A stretch of 64,000 bases of DNA from a virus. Under the pieces are notes generated by a model that was not told the DNA's origin, ran no database searches, and saw nothing but the letters and a program-made list of their open reading frames with translations. Of the stretch, positions 28,073-36,862 are shown piece after piece. The stretch lies in IMG/VR virus record IMGVR_UViG_3300045988_159436; one strand, written 5' to 3'. The translations under genes were made by a program, and so were the position numbers. How positions within the stretch are numbered: position 1 is the first letter of the stretch; the number at the start of each line of letters is the position of its first letter.

Positions 28073-28100
28073 TGACAAAATTAAAAAAGTATGGTATAAT
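28073..28100 (+). promoter_or_regulatory. consensus promoter (16-nt spacer, TGn)
   Basis: TTGACA-16-TGgTATAAT. Confidence 0.55.
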
Positions 28101-28112
28101 AGATTTAACGAG

Positions 28113-28376
28113 GTGATAGTAATGGAAATGTTGGCATTGAAAAGTGGCGTAGATTATCGAACGTTTAGGTTTATATTTGGAACTGACAAACTTTCTTATA
28201 AAGCTTCTCATAATCTTTGGAAAAAGCTTTCTACTGGTGTATCAAAAAAGCATTTAAACTTAGAATCAGTTGAAGGTGTACTAATTTATAATTTTGAATA
28301 CTCTAATGGAAAGTATTGTTATTTTCCTGAGTTTTGGTTTGAAGAAGTTAGGTATTCTGATATTGAATGGGAGTAA
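28113..28376 (+). CDS. small early protein, WE-terminal family
   Basis: ends ..DIEWE. Confidence 0.4.
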   Translation: MIVMEMLALKSGVDYRTFRFIFGTDKLSYKASHNLWKKLSTGVSKKHLNLESVEGVLIYNFEYSNGKYCYFPEFWFEEVRYSDIEWE

Positions 28377-28379
28377 AAA

Positions 28380-28622
28380 ATGGTAAAATTAAAGGAAGGA
28401 TTAAGGCATGCTGAGTGGCTTTGGTTTATGCACAATTCAATACAGTTTAGAAATGCTTGTTATGTAGATGCTAATATATTATGGAATATGTTAAAAGATG
28501 GGGTTTCAGAAGATGCCTTAAAAATCAGAGATGATAGTACAGGTTATAAAGAAATCTGTTATAAAGAAGTTAAATATGCCTTACCTATAAAGTGGTGTTT
28601 GCCAATTTTTGAATGGGAATAA
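28380..28622 (+). CDS. small early protein, WE-terminal family
   Basis: ends ..IFEWE. Confidence 0.4.
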   Translation: MVKLKEGLRHAEWLWFMHNSIQFRNACYVDANILWNMLKDGVSEDALKIRDDSTGYKEICYKEVKYALPIKWCLPIFEWE

Positions 28623-28629
28623 AAAACAC

Positions 28630-28658
28630 TTGACAAAAGGAAAAAAGTGTGGTATAAT
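28630..28658 (+). promoter_or_regulatory. consensus promoter
   Basis: TTGACA-17-TATAAT. Confidence 0.6.
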
Positions 28659-28683
28659 AGTATAAAAGATAGGAGATGGTTTA

Positions 28684-29001
28684 ATGAGTTTATTAGTGGA
28701 TATGTACGAATTAAAAACAGAGGAATATATTAAGACGAGAAAACAAACAGCAGAAGTTATTGAGACTTTAAGAGCATTAAGGGATACAAATACAAATCCT
28801 TTATATCGTAAAGCAATGAATGAGGCTATTAGGGAAATTAAGCAAATTGGATTTGCAAGAAAAGGTAAAATTACAAACTGTTTGGGAAAACTTTTTGAAG
28901 AGGAATCCGCAGAATATAGACGTAAACTTAGCGATATTGAAACTGAGGACTCTATACGTACATTAGAGTCTATTTCTTGTAGACATTTTCAGGGTTTTTG
29001 A
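28684..29001 (+). CDS. hypothetical protein
   Basis: RBS aggagatgg. Confidence 0.4.
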   Translation: MSLLVDMYELKTEEYIKTRKQTAEVIETLRALRDTNTNPLYRKAMNEAIREIKQIGFARKGKITNCLGKLFEEESAEYRRKLSDIETEDSIRTLESISCRHFQGF

Positions 29002-29010
29002 TTAATAAAA

Positions 29011-30501
29011 ATGGCTATTAAAGTTTTTATAAGTAACTCTCAATTATTAAAAAACTTAACAGATATAGAAAAAGAACGAATAAAAAAAGATTTAACTTTT
29101 AAAAATCCTGAATATGAAAGTATTCTTAAATTCTCTAGATGGGGTAGCACTAAAGTTCCAGAATTTCTTTATTATTATAAAGAAGTAGGGGATAGCTTAG
29201 AAGTTCCTAGAGGATATAAGATACCTTTTAATTATGAAGTAGTAGAAGATACCTCAATTAGTTTTAATAATATAGAATATCCATCAGTACAAATCCAGCC
29301 TAGAAAAGTACAACAGGTAGCAATAGAGCATTTCACTGATAATACTGGAACACTTGTTATAAATACAGGGTTAGGTAAGTCAATAATTGGTTTGATGCTG
29401 GCAGGAAAGCTAAAAGAAAGGGTATTAATTATAGTTAATAAAGACGATTTAATAGATGGTTGGCAAAAAGATGCTCTGTTGTGCTATGGGGAAATAGAAA
29501 TAGGTTTAGTAAAAGGCAAGGTTTTCAATATAGGAAAACAAATTACTTTAACTACGATACAGACTCTTTCTAGGCTAGGTGACGAAAAGCTTGATAAATT
29601 AAAAGAAAGTATATCAATGTTAATTTGTGATGAATGTCATAGGTGTTCTGCTAAGATATACAGTGTTCTGAATGGCTTTCCTGCCAGATATCGTTTAGGG
29701 TTAACAGCAACTAAAATGAGAAATGATGGATTAGCAGATGTATTAGATTTAATTTGTGGGCATACATTGTATGAATACAAAGGAGAATTTGAAACTTCTG
29801 ATATTATAGATACAAAAGACATTTTTGTAATAAAGAGAGAGAGTCAGTTGAAATGGAATCCAGTGATTGATTATTACTGGACGAAAAGCGGAGCAAAAGT
29901 AAAAGCATTAGTATATAAAGATAAAGTATTTGCGCCACATACGCCAGAATGGAAAGCTTTAATAACACAGTTATTAAGTACAAAAGAAGTTGATAGTTTA
30001 CCTGTTAATTTACAGGAAGCTTATAAAACTGTATCAGAAGATTTAACATTTAACAGATTAGTTGTTGAAGATATTATAAAAGAATATAATTCAGGAAAAT
30101 CTTGTATAGTGTTTTGTAAAGAGAAAGAGCATATAAATTTATTGTATGATATGTTGGTAGATATATGTCCAAGAATACAAAAATACTATGGAGATATGAA
30201 AGAAACAAAAGCAGAAATAAAAGAAAAAGCAGAAACAAAAGAAGCATTAATTACATTAGCTACTATTTCTATTAGTTGTGAAGGAACTAACGTAAAATCA
30301 TGGGAGAGAGGATTTCTTGTATCTACAGTGGCAAACAAGAAAGATTTAATACAGATTTTAGGAAGGTTACGAAGAACTAAAGATGGTAAGACTAATGTAT
30401 TTTTTTATGATTACAGACATCCTTTTATGGCAATTTTTAATAAGCATGGAGTAAAGAGGGATAAGTGGTATAGAGAAATAGGAATTACAAAAATTATTTA
30501 A
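29011..30501 (+). CDS. SF2 DNA helicase (DEAD/DEAH-like)
   Basis: Walker A NTGLGKS, DECH box, LGLTAT, QILGRLRR motifs. Confidence 0.7.
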   Translation: MAIKVFISNSQLLKNLTDIEKERIKKDLTFKNPEYESILKFSRWGSTKVPEFLYYYKEVGDSLEVPRGYKIPFNYEVVEDTSISFNNIEYPSVQIQPRKVQQVAIEHFTDNTGTLVINTGLGKSIIGLMLAGKLKERVLIIVNKDDLIDGWQKDALLCYGEIEIGLVKGKVFNIGKQITLTTIQTLSRLGDEKLDKLKESISMLICDECHRCSAKIYSVLNGFPARYRLGLTATKMRNDGLADVLDLICGHTLYEYKGEFETSDIIDTKDIFVIKRESQLKWNPVIDYYWTKSGAKVKALVYKDKVFAPHTPEWKALITQLLSTKEVDSLPVNLQEAYKTVSEDLTFNRLVVEDIIKEYNSGKSCIVFCKEKEHINLLYDMLVDICPRIQKYYGDMKETKAEIKEKAETKEALITLATISISCEGTNVKSWERGFLVSTVANKKDLIQILGRLRRTKDGKTNVFFYDYRHPFMAIFNKHGVKRDKWYREIGITKII

Positions 30502-30507
30502 AAATGC

Positions 30508-30536
30508 TTGACAAAATTAAAAAAGTATGATATAAT
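30508..30536 (+). promoter_or_regulatory. consensus promoter
   Basis: TTGACA-17-TATAAT. Confidence 0.6.
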
Positions 30537-30551
30537 GTTAAGACTTAAAGA

Positions 30552-31034
30552 ATGGATGATAAAATGGTTGAATGTAAAATTATAGACTTTTCAGAAGCAG
30601 AGATAGATGATTCACGTTTCAAAGAATTAGCTATGCAGTATGATATGTATAGAAAGACAAAGCTTGAAGCGGAAAAAAGAGTGAAAGAATTAAAAGAACA
30701 GCTAGATGCTTATGTAGAGTCTAATGGCAAAAGTGATTTAAATGGTAATAAGTATTTACCTTTTTTAGATAATAAATATCTAAAAAGAGAGGTAAGAAAA
30801 AGCTATGATGTAATACCTTATATGGCTGAAAGTATTTTGAGAGACTATGGTGTTTTAGATAAAGTTTTAAAGTATGAAGCTTATTATGATATGGAAGTAT
30901 TGGAACATCTTATCGCAGATGGAGTAATACCATTAGAGGTAGCAGAGAAAATGTTTAAAGAAAAATTAAGTTATTCAACTAAAATAGTAGATTTAAAGGA
31001 TGTGAGCGAGGATGCCGAGAAAGAGGAAAGCTAA
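30552..31034 (+). CDS. hypothetical protein
   Basis: ORF. Confidence 0.4.
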   Translation: MDDKMVECKIIDFSEAEIDDSRFKELAMQYDMYRKTKLEAEKRVKELKEQLDAYVESNGKSDLNGNKYLPFLDNKYLKREVRKSYDVIPYMAESILRDYGVLDKVLKYEAYYDMEVLEHLIADGVIPLEVAEKMFKEKLSYSTKIVDLKDVSEDAEKEES

Positions 31035-31395
31035 AAGAGGCAGACCCGCAGGGCAAATATTACAGGGAAAATTATTTAAAATAAATGGCAAGATACTACG
31101 ATTATATACAAGAGCAAAATTAATAGAAGCTTTTAAATTGGCTGGTATTCCTAGAGGTTCATTAACTTTACGTAATTGGGAAAATACAGGTATTTTACCT
31201 CCTGCCCTAGTGAGAGTAAATAATATTTGTTATTACACACAGGAACAAATAAATGCTATTGTTAGAGTAGCTTTAGAGTGTGGAGTTAGGAGAGGTTTTC
31301 CTATTGAAAAGACTGGATTTTCTGAACGAGTAAAAATTGCTTTACAAAAAGTAAATGAAAGATTGTTTATGCCAGATAAAGAAATGGAGGAATAA
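31012..31395 (+). CDS. putative DNA-binding protein (basic N-terminus RKRKAKRGRPAG)
   Basis: AT-hook-like N-terminus. Confidence 0.35.
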   Translation: MPRKRKAKRGRPAGQILQGKLFKINGKILRLYTRAKLIEAFKLAGIPRGSLTLRNWENTGILPPALVRVNNICYYTQEQINAIVRVALECGVRRGFPIEKTGFSERVKIALQKVNERLFMPDKEMEE

Positions 31396-31396
31396 A

Positions 31397-31600
31397 ATGG
31401 AAACAATAAAAGTAGGTTTATCAAAAGGTGTAACATTGAATTTAGGTAATTATGAAAGTGCAAAATTTGATTGTTGGATGGAAGCAGAAGTATTAGAAAA
31501 AGAAAGAGATACAACATTAGATTTGTTTTCAGAACTTATTGATAATCGTTTAGAACAAGAAGCAAAGGAACTAGAACGTTCCATAGCAAAACGTAAATGA
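31397..31600 (+). CDS. hypothetical protein
   Basis: ATG after ggagg RBS (the track start 31355 is probably an extension). Confidence 0.4.
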   Translation: METIKVGLSKGVTLNLGNYESAKFDCWMEAEVLEKERDTTLDLFSELIDNRLEQEAKELERSIAKRK

Positions 31601-32040
31601 TAGTAACAAAAGCACAGGCAAAGAAGTTATTTGGTGGAGCAATAGTAACTTCTGATAAAAGTGGAATTGTAAAATCAACAGAAGATTATAGTAAGTTCAA
31701 ATCTAATGATTGGATAAAATATTTTTCAGATAAAGCAAAAGAACATGATGTAAAGTATCAAGTAGTTAAATATAAAGATACCTCTGTAATTAAATCATTA
31801 ATGGCTACATATCCAAGTGATGAAATAAAAAAGATAATTGATTTCCTTTGGGATTCTGATTACCGTTTTAAAGCAGGTGGCAGGGAAAAAACCTTTATGG
31901 AATATGGCATTTATTTAATGTCAAATGCTTGGTTGAGCAGTTATTATAATTTAGCAATAGCTTATACAGGAGAGAGTTTAACTCCTAAGCGGGGTTGGAA
32001 AGAGGAATCTGAGAATGGTGGGATAGAAATTGACATCTGA
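31597..32040 (+). CDS. hypothetical protein
   Basis: ORF. Confidence 0.4.
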   Translation: MIVTKAQAKKLFGGAIVTSDKSGIVKSTEDYSKFKSNDWIKYFSDKAKEHDVKYQVVKYKDTSVIKSLMATYPSDEIKKIIDFLWDSDYRFKAGGREKTFMEYGIYLMSNAWLSSYYNLAIAYTGESLTPKRGWKEESENGGIEIDI

Positions 32041-32656
32041 TTTACCAACAAGAGAAGGGAAAATGCGTGAATATATAAGCAAAGAGTCTTTATATTTAAT
32101 GGGAATACCTAGTGGCTATCAGGGTAAGTTTTTATCTGACTATCATTTTGCAGAGCCTAAATTAAAGAGTATTATACAAGGCTATGTAACTAATCCTAGA
32201 GATATGTTAAATGATTGTGTTAATCTATTATTTAGGGGGCAAAATGGAGCGGGGAAAAGTTTCTTAGCTTCCATTATTTTACAAGAATTGTATATTCGTT
32301 ACTATTCTGGTTATTTAGTTACTTTTAATGAAATTATAAGAAAAACATATAGCCAACAAGATGTAAGTTCTGTTTATGATTCAGAATTTTTAGTAATAGA
32401 TGAATTAGGTGCGGAAGTTGATACAGCAAAAGGAGCAGAAAAAGCTTTATTAGAAAACATATTAAAGATAAGGGATACAAAAGGATTACCAACAATAATT
32501 TGCACTAATTTAAAGCAGGAAGAATTAACTAAAAGATATGGATATACTATTGACAGTATGCTAAATCTTTTCATTCAGGTTACTTTTACTACTAATGATG
32601 GTAGGAGAGAAGCTTTTAGAAATAAAGATGCCATAAAGAAATTACGACAGGGGTGA
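32030..32656 (+). CDS. DnaC/IstB-like AAA+ ATPase (helicase loader)
   Basis: Walker A GQNGAGKS, Walker B LVIDELG. Confidence 0.55.
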   Translation: MTSDLPTREGKMREYISKESLYLMGIPSGYQGKFLSDYHFAEPKLKSIIQGYVTNPRDMLNDCVNLLFRGQNGAGKSFLASIILQELYIRYYSGYLVTFNEIIRKTYSQQDVSSVYDSEFLVIDELGAEVDTAKGAEKALLENILKIRDTKGLPTIICTNLKQEELTKRYGYTIDSMLNLFIQVTFTTNDGRREAFRNKDAIKKLRQG

Positions 32657-32660
32657 TAAA

Positions 32661-32840
32661 GTGGATTTAGATAACGTAAAGAGTGACCACTGCATTAATT
32701 GTAACTCTGTAGAAGTATTTGCATATGTGGAATACGACCATTTGCCATTGTGCAGAAATTGTTATAAGTTATATGATAAGGGTGAAATTAATGCGGGACA
32801 GTTAAGGGAGAAAAGACGTGAAAAGAGGGCAACTAACTAA
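32661..32840 (+). CDS. small zinc-ribbon protein (59 aa)
   Basis: GTG start; CINC..17..CRNC; below the track size cutoff. Confidence 0.3.
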   Translation: MDLDNVKSDHCINCNSVEVFAYVEYDHLPLCRNCYKLYDKGEINAGQLREKRREKRATN

Positions 32841-33228
32841 TCAATCTCTTCCAATTATCGCCTTTAACTTAGAGAGTTGTTTTTTTAACAATAAAACAAC
32901 GTTTGTTAATGAATTATTTAAAGATAAATATGAAATTTTGGGGATGCAGTATAACCCTCAACATTTAGATACTGTTATGAAGATTTGGAAAAGCGGAAAA
33001 TACTCAATTCATTTAGTGACTTATAAAGACCCAGATGAATGGAAAGAGCTTGAAGGATTTTTATTTGAAAAGTATTTATATTTTAACAATCTAGAATTTA
33101 TTGAGGGCTTTAAGGAATTGAAGAGATTTTGTGAATTAAAGTATCTTTATTATGTAGACGATGGAGATAGATTATTTTTACCTAAGAACGCTGTTTCAAT
33201 GCAAGAGTTTTTAGGGGTGATGAAATGA
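32818..33228 (+). CDS. hypothetical protein
   Basis: ORF. Confidence 0.4.
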   Translation: MKRGQLTNQSLPIIAFNLESCFFNNKTTFVNELFKDKYEILGMQYNPQHLDTVMKIWKSGKYSIHLVTYKDPDEWKELEGFLFEKYLYFNNLEFIEGFKELKRFCELKYLYYVDDGDRLFLPKNAVSMQEFLGVMK

Positions 33229-34472
33229 GCGTAGATTCTAATTTTATTTTAAAATTATTAGAAACTAAGGATTGGAAAACAGTAGCGGAGAAAAGAATAT
33301 CTGCCAAGTTTTTCAACCCAGCTTATAAGAGAGTGTTTAATTATATTTCAGACTTTAAAATCAAATATGGTGATATCCCTAGTGCAGAGTCATTAAAAGC
33401 AAGATTTCCAGAGCTTGACTTTACTGGAAGGGTAGCAGAGCCATTTGAATTTTATTGTGATGAATTAAGAAATAAAGTTAAGCATAATTTATTAAGGGAC
33501 ACAATACTTTCTGTGCAAACAGATATAAACTCATTGAATACAGAAGAAGCAGTTAAGAAGTTACAGAAACTAATACAAAATATTGATTCTGAAATTGTTC
33601 TTAACGATACCTGTAAAATAGGTGAAAGAACAGAAGAGCGTTTTGAGCAGTACAAAGAGCGGCAAAAAACAGGTGGCATTTCTGGGATGCCTATAGGTTT
33701 ATTGCCGATAGATAAACAGATAGGTGGGGTTAAAGAATTAGACCTTATAACTTTCTTAGGATACACAGGAACTGGTAAAACGTGGCTCTTGTGCATTATT
33801 GCTGTAGCAATGGCAAAAATGGGATATAAGGTTTTGTTTTTAACTAAAGAAATGTTGCCAGCTCAATTAATAGACAGAATTGATGCAGTATGGTCAGGGA
33901 TAAGCTACTCTCGTATTAAAGATGGTCAGTTATCGCCACAAGAAGAAGAGAAGTATTATAAGTATCTTTTAGAAGAAGCACCAAAATATAAAGATAAGTT
34001 AATTGTTGAATTAGTCGAGGGCGGTGTAATATCTTGTGGAAGTTCCATTGATTTACATAAGCCAGATGTCTGTTTAATTGATGGTGGTTATTTAATGGCT
34101 GATGATTCTGAGGATGATGACTGGCGGGGAATTTTAGAAGTATGGAGAGGATTTAAAGCATTAGCTCGAAACAGAAAAGTCCCAATTCTTTGCACCTCAC
34201 AGTTAAAGGGAGAGACTGCGACATTAAGTAATATTTCTTATGTCAAAGCCTTAGCCCAAGAAGCGGATGCTGTTTATGGTTTAGAGCAAGATAAAACAGA
34301 TAAGGCGGAGAAAGAGATAAAAATAGTAACTTTAAAAGTGCGTGATGGCGAATGGAAACCACCTTTTAAAATGAGTTGGGATTTTACTGAAATGAAACAT
34401 GATTTATTATATGTGGAAGAAGAAAAGAAAAGGACACCAATAGCGGTAAAACAAATACAAAGGATTGAGTAG
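33225..34472 (+). CDS. DnaB-like replicative helicase
   Basis: Walker A GYTGTGKT in the C-terminal RecA-like domain; N-terminal DnaB-like helical region. Confidence 0.6.
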   Translation: MSVDSNFILKLLETKDWKTVAEKRISAKFFNPAYKRVFNYISDFKIKYGDIPSAESLKARFPELDFTGRVAEPFEFYCDELRNKVKHNLLRDTILSVQTDINSLNTEEAVKKLQKLIQNIDSEIVLNDTCKIGERTEERFEQYKERQKTGGISGMPIGLLPIDKQIGGVKELDLITFLGYTGTGKTWLLCIIAVAMAKMGYKVLFLTKEMLPAQLIDRIDAVWSGISYSRIKDGQLSPQEEEKYYKYLLEEAPKYKDKLIVELVEGGVISCGSSIDLHKPDVCLIDGGYLMADDSEDDDWRGILEVWRGFKALARNRKVPILCTSQLKGETATLSNISYVKALAQEADAVYGLEQDKTDKAEKEIKIVTLKVRDGEWKPPFKMSWDFTEMKHDLLYVEEEKKRTPIAVKQIQRIE

Positions 34473-35445
34473 TATGAGAATAGAAGAACTTTTAACTGTA
34501 TGCGAAGCATTAAATATAAAGAATATCAAAGTAGTAGGTAATGATATTATGGCATCTTGTTGTTTTCATCAAGATACAAGACCTTCTTTCGGTTTAAACG
34601 CTGAAAAAGAATGTTATCATTGTTTTGGCTGTGGTGAGAGCGGAACAATAATTGGCTTAATAGCAAAATGTTTAAACATCTCATATGCCGAAGCTAGGTT
34701 AAAGCTTGATGAAATAATTGGAGAACAGGCGCAGAAAGTTGAAGAAGTTCCTTTACGAGAATACGAAGAAGTTCCAGAGCAAGAGGAAAGATTTGTTTTA
34801 TCTAATTCTTCATTGGGGGCGTTTCACAGCGGGCAAGTATTCCATAAATACTTTATTGAAAGAGGATTTAGCCCAGAAGACCAACAAAGGTTTTTATTTG
34901 GCTGGGATTCGCAAAAGAAAAGAATTACTATTCCTGTATTTTGGGAAGATGGGCAATTATGTGGGTTTATAGGTAGAGCAGTGCTTAATGATAAAACACA
35001 AGAATATGCGAATATTTATGGTAAAGCCCCTAAATATTATGTATATGATAATTTCCCACGTTCAGGAATTTTGTTTCCTTTGAATTTGTTTAGACCTATC
35101 AATGATACTGTCATTTTAGTAGAAGGAGTATTAGATGCTCTATGGCTACAAAAACATGGTTACGCAAATGCTTTAGCCATATTAACTTGTAGTATCTCAG
35201 ACGCTCAAATTTCACTTCTGAGGAGTTTTAATATTAAAAAGGTAATATTAGCCTTAGACGGAGATAAAGCTGGTCAGAACGGCTGTAAACGCATATACGA
35301 CCTATGTAAGAATGAGTTTGTGTTTAGTATTGTGAATTACCCAGAAAATTGTAAAGATGTTCAAGACATGAATAAAGAACAGTTAGATTATATGTTTACT
35401 AATTTAGAGATGTATCCAAGATTAAAATTAAGAAAAATAGAATAG
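34465..35445 (+). CDS. DnaG-like DNA primase
   Basis: zinc finger CCFHQDTRPSF..CYHCFGCGESG; Toprim EGVLDA...LDGDKAG. Confidence 0.7.
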   Translation: MSSMRIEELLTVCEALNIKNIKVVGNDIMASCCFHQDTRPSFGLNAEKECYHCFGCGESGTIIGLIAKCLNISYAEARLKLDEIIGEQAQKVEEVPLREYEEVPEQEERFVLSNSSLGAFHSGQVFHKYFIERGFSPEDQQRFLFGWDSQKKRITIPVFWEDGQLCGFIGRAVLNDKTQEYANIYGKAPKYYVYDNFPRSGILFPLNLFRPINDTVILVEGVLDALWLQKHGYANALAILTCSISDAQISLLRSFNIKKVILALDGDKAGQNGCKRIYDLCKNEFVFSIVNYPENCKDVQDMNKEQLDYMFTNLEMYPRLKLRKIE

Positions 35446-35454
35446 GAGAAAAGA

Positions 35455-36186
35455 ATGGTAGCTTCAATTTTTAAAAGAGGATTTCAGGCAAGGGCAGAAG
35501 TAGAAAAGACCACTAAAAAAGGTGGGTATATTAAAGATTATTTTTTAACAGCGAGGGATAATCCTGATGCGCCAGTTAGATTTTTAACTGATGAACCTAT
35601 CAGTTTTTGGAGTCACAATGTTCAAGAAGGTGGCAGATACAATAACTATGCTTGCACTTGTGAACCAGATTGTCCATTGTGTCAGGCGGGAGCACCTAGA
35701 AGCTTCAAATCAGCTTATTTAGTAGTAGATGGCAGACAAGGTAGCTATATCAGCAAAAAAACAGGGGAAAAAGTGGAGTTTGATAAAGCGGTGGCTGTCC
35801 TTTTAAGGGGTAACGATTGCGGCATTATTGAGCGTAATAGACAGCGTTATGGGCTGTTAGATGCGCCTTATTACGCAACACGTATGGGACAGAAACCAAG
35901 TATTTCTTATTTGTTTGACAAAGCAGGAGCAGAGATTTTTGAGAAATATCCATATTTGGATAAAGATATTTTTGCTATTGGAGAGTTAAACGAAGCGGCG
36001 AAAGAAAAGATTCAGGAATTACTGCCTGATAAATATAGAGGGCTTGATTATTATGAAATCATTGAAAAGAAATTCCCATTTTATGGTGTTGAAGACACTT
36101 CTTTCGATACTGCAACAGTTTTGGAAGAGCCAGAGCCTATTCGTCCAGCAGGATTTAGCAGAGTTCTGATAAGGGAAGTGGATTAA
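35455..36186 (+). CDS. hypothetical protein (Cys-rich CTCEPDCPLC)
   Basis: ORF with RBS aggagaa. Confidence 0.4.
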   Translation: MVASIFKRGFQARAEVEKTTKKGGYIKDYFLTARDNPDAPVRFLTDEPISFWSHNVQEGGRYNNYACTCEPDCPLCQAGAPRSFKSAYLVVDGRQGSYISKKTGEKVEFDKAVAVLLRGNDCGIIERNRQRYGLLDAPYYATRMGQKPSISYLFDKAGAEIFEKYPYLDKDIFAIGELNEAAKEKIQELLPDKYRGLDYYEIIEKKFPFYGVEDTSFDTATVLEEPEPIRPAGFSRVLIREVD

Positions 36187-36587
36187 TGGCTAAATGGTCT
36201 CAAAAAGCATTAGATTCTTGTATGAAGTATTGGCAGAAAATTTTAGGACTTAGTCATTGGGATATAGTTATTACATATGCAAATAATAGGGATATTGAAT
36301 ATTTATTGGGCTACCCAGCATTAGCAAGTATTTCTTCTAGCCCTTCTATGGAGAGGGCAATAATTCGGATAAACAGTAATCCTGAGCTTGACGAAGATGC
36401 TATTATAAATGGCAGTGATGATGTTGAGTGGAGTATACTTCACGAATTATTGCATCTTTATTACCTAGATTTATATATAAATAAAGAAGATAAAGCACAA
36501 ACAGAATTGATAGAAAAAATTATCAATAAGACTTGTAAAGCATTATTGACTACAGGAAGGTTTAGAAATGGGCGCAATAGCAGATAG
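36186..36587 (+). CDS. hypothetical protein with HExxH motif (HELLH)
   Basis: ILHELLHLYY. Confidence 0.35.
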   Translation: MAKWSQKALDSCMKYWQKILGLSHWDIVITYANNRDIEYLLGYPALASISSSPSMERAIIRINSNPELDEDAIINGSDDVEWSILHELLHLYYLDLYINKEDKAQTELIEKIINKTCKALLTTGRFRNGRNSR

Positions 36588-36858
36588 ACAAACTTTAATT
36601 AATAAAATAGCAGAGCAAAATAATATTACTTCAACAGAGGCAAATAATATTATTAAGATGTTTTGTAAAGGCGTAGAAGGAGTTTTAGAAGAATATGCTG
36701 GATTAGTTTTGCCTAGATATTTTTCTTTAGTATCTAGACAACAAGATATAAAAACTTCTTATAACATTCATACTAAGACTTTTCAAGATAGAAAACCTTT
36801 TAACAGGTTTGTTTTCAAGCCAAGTAAAAAATGGAAGAAGTTAATTAATAAGGAGTGA
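36568..36858 (+). CDS. HU/IHF-like DNA-binding protein
   Basis: 96 aa; pattern of N-terminal helix and beta-arm similar to HU. Confidence 0.45.
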   Translation: MGAIADRQTLINKIAEQNNITSTEANNIIKMFCKGVEGVLEEYAGLVLPRYFSLVSRQQDIKTSYNIHTKTFQDRKPFNRFVFKPSKKWKKLINKE

Positions 36859-36862
36859 TTAT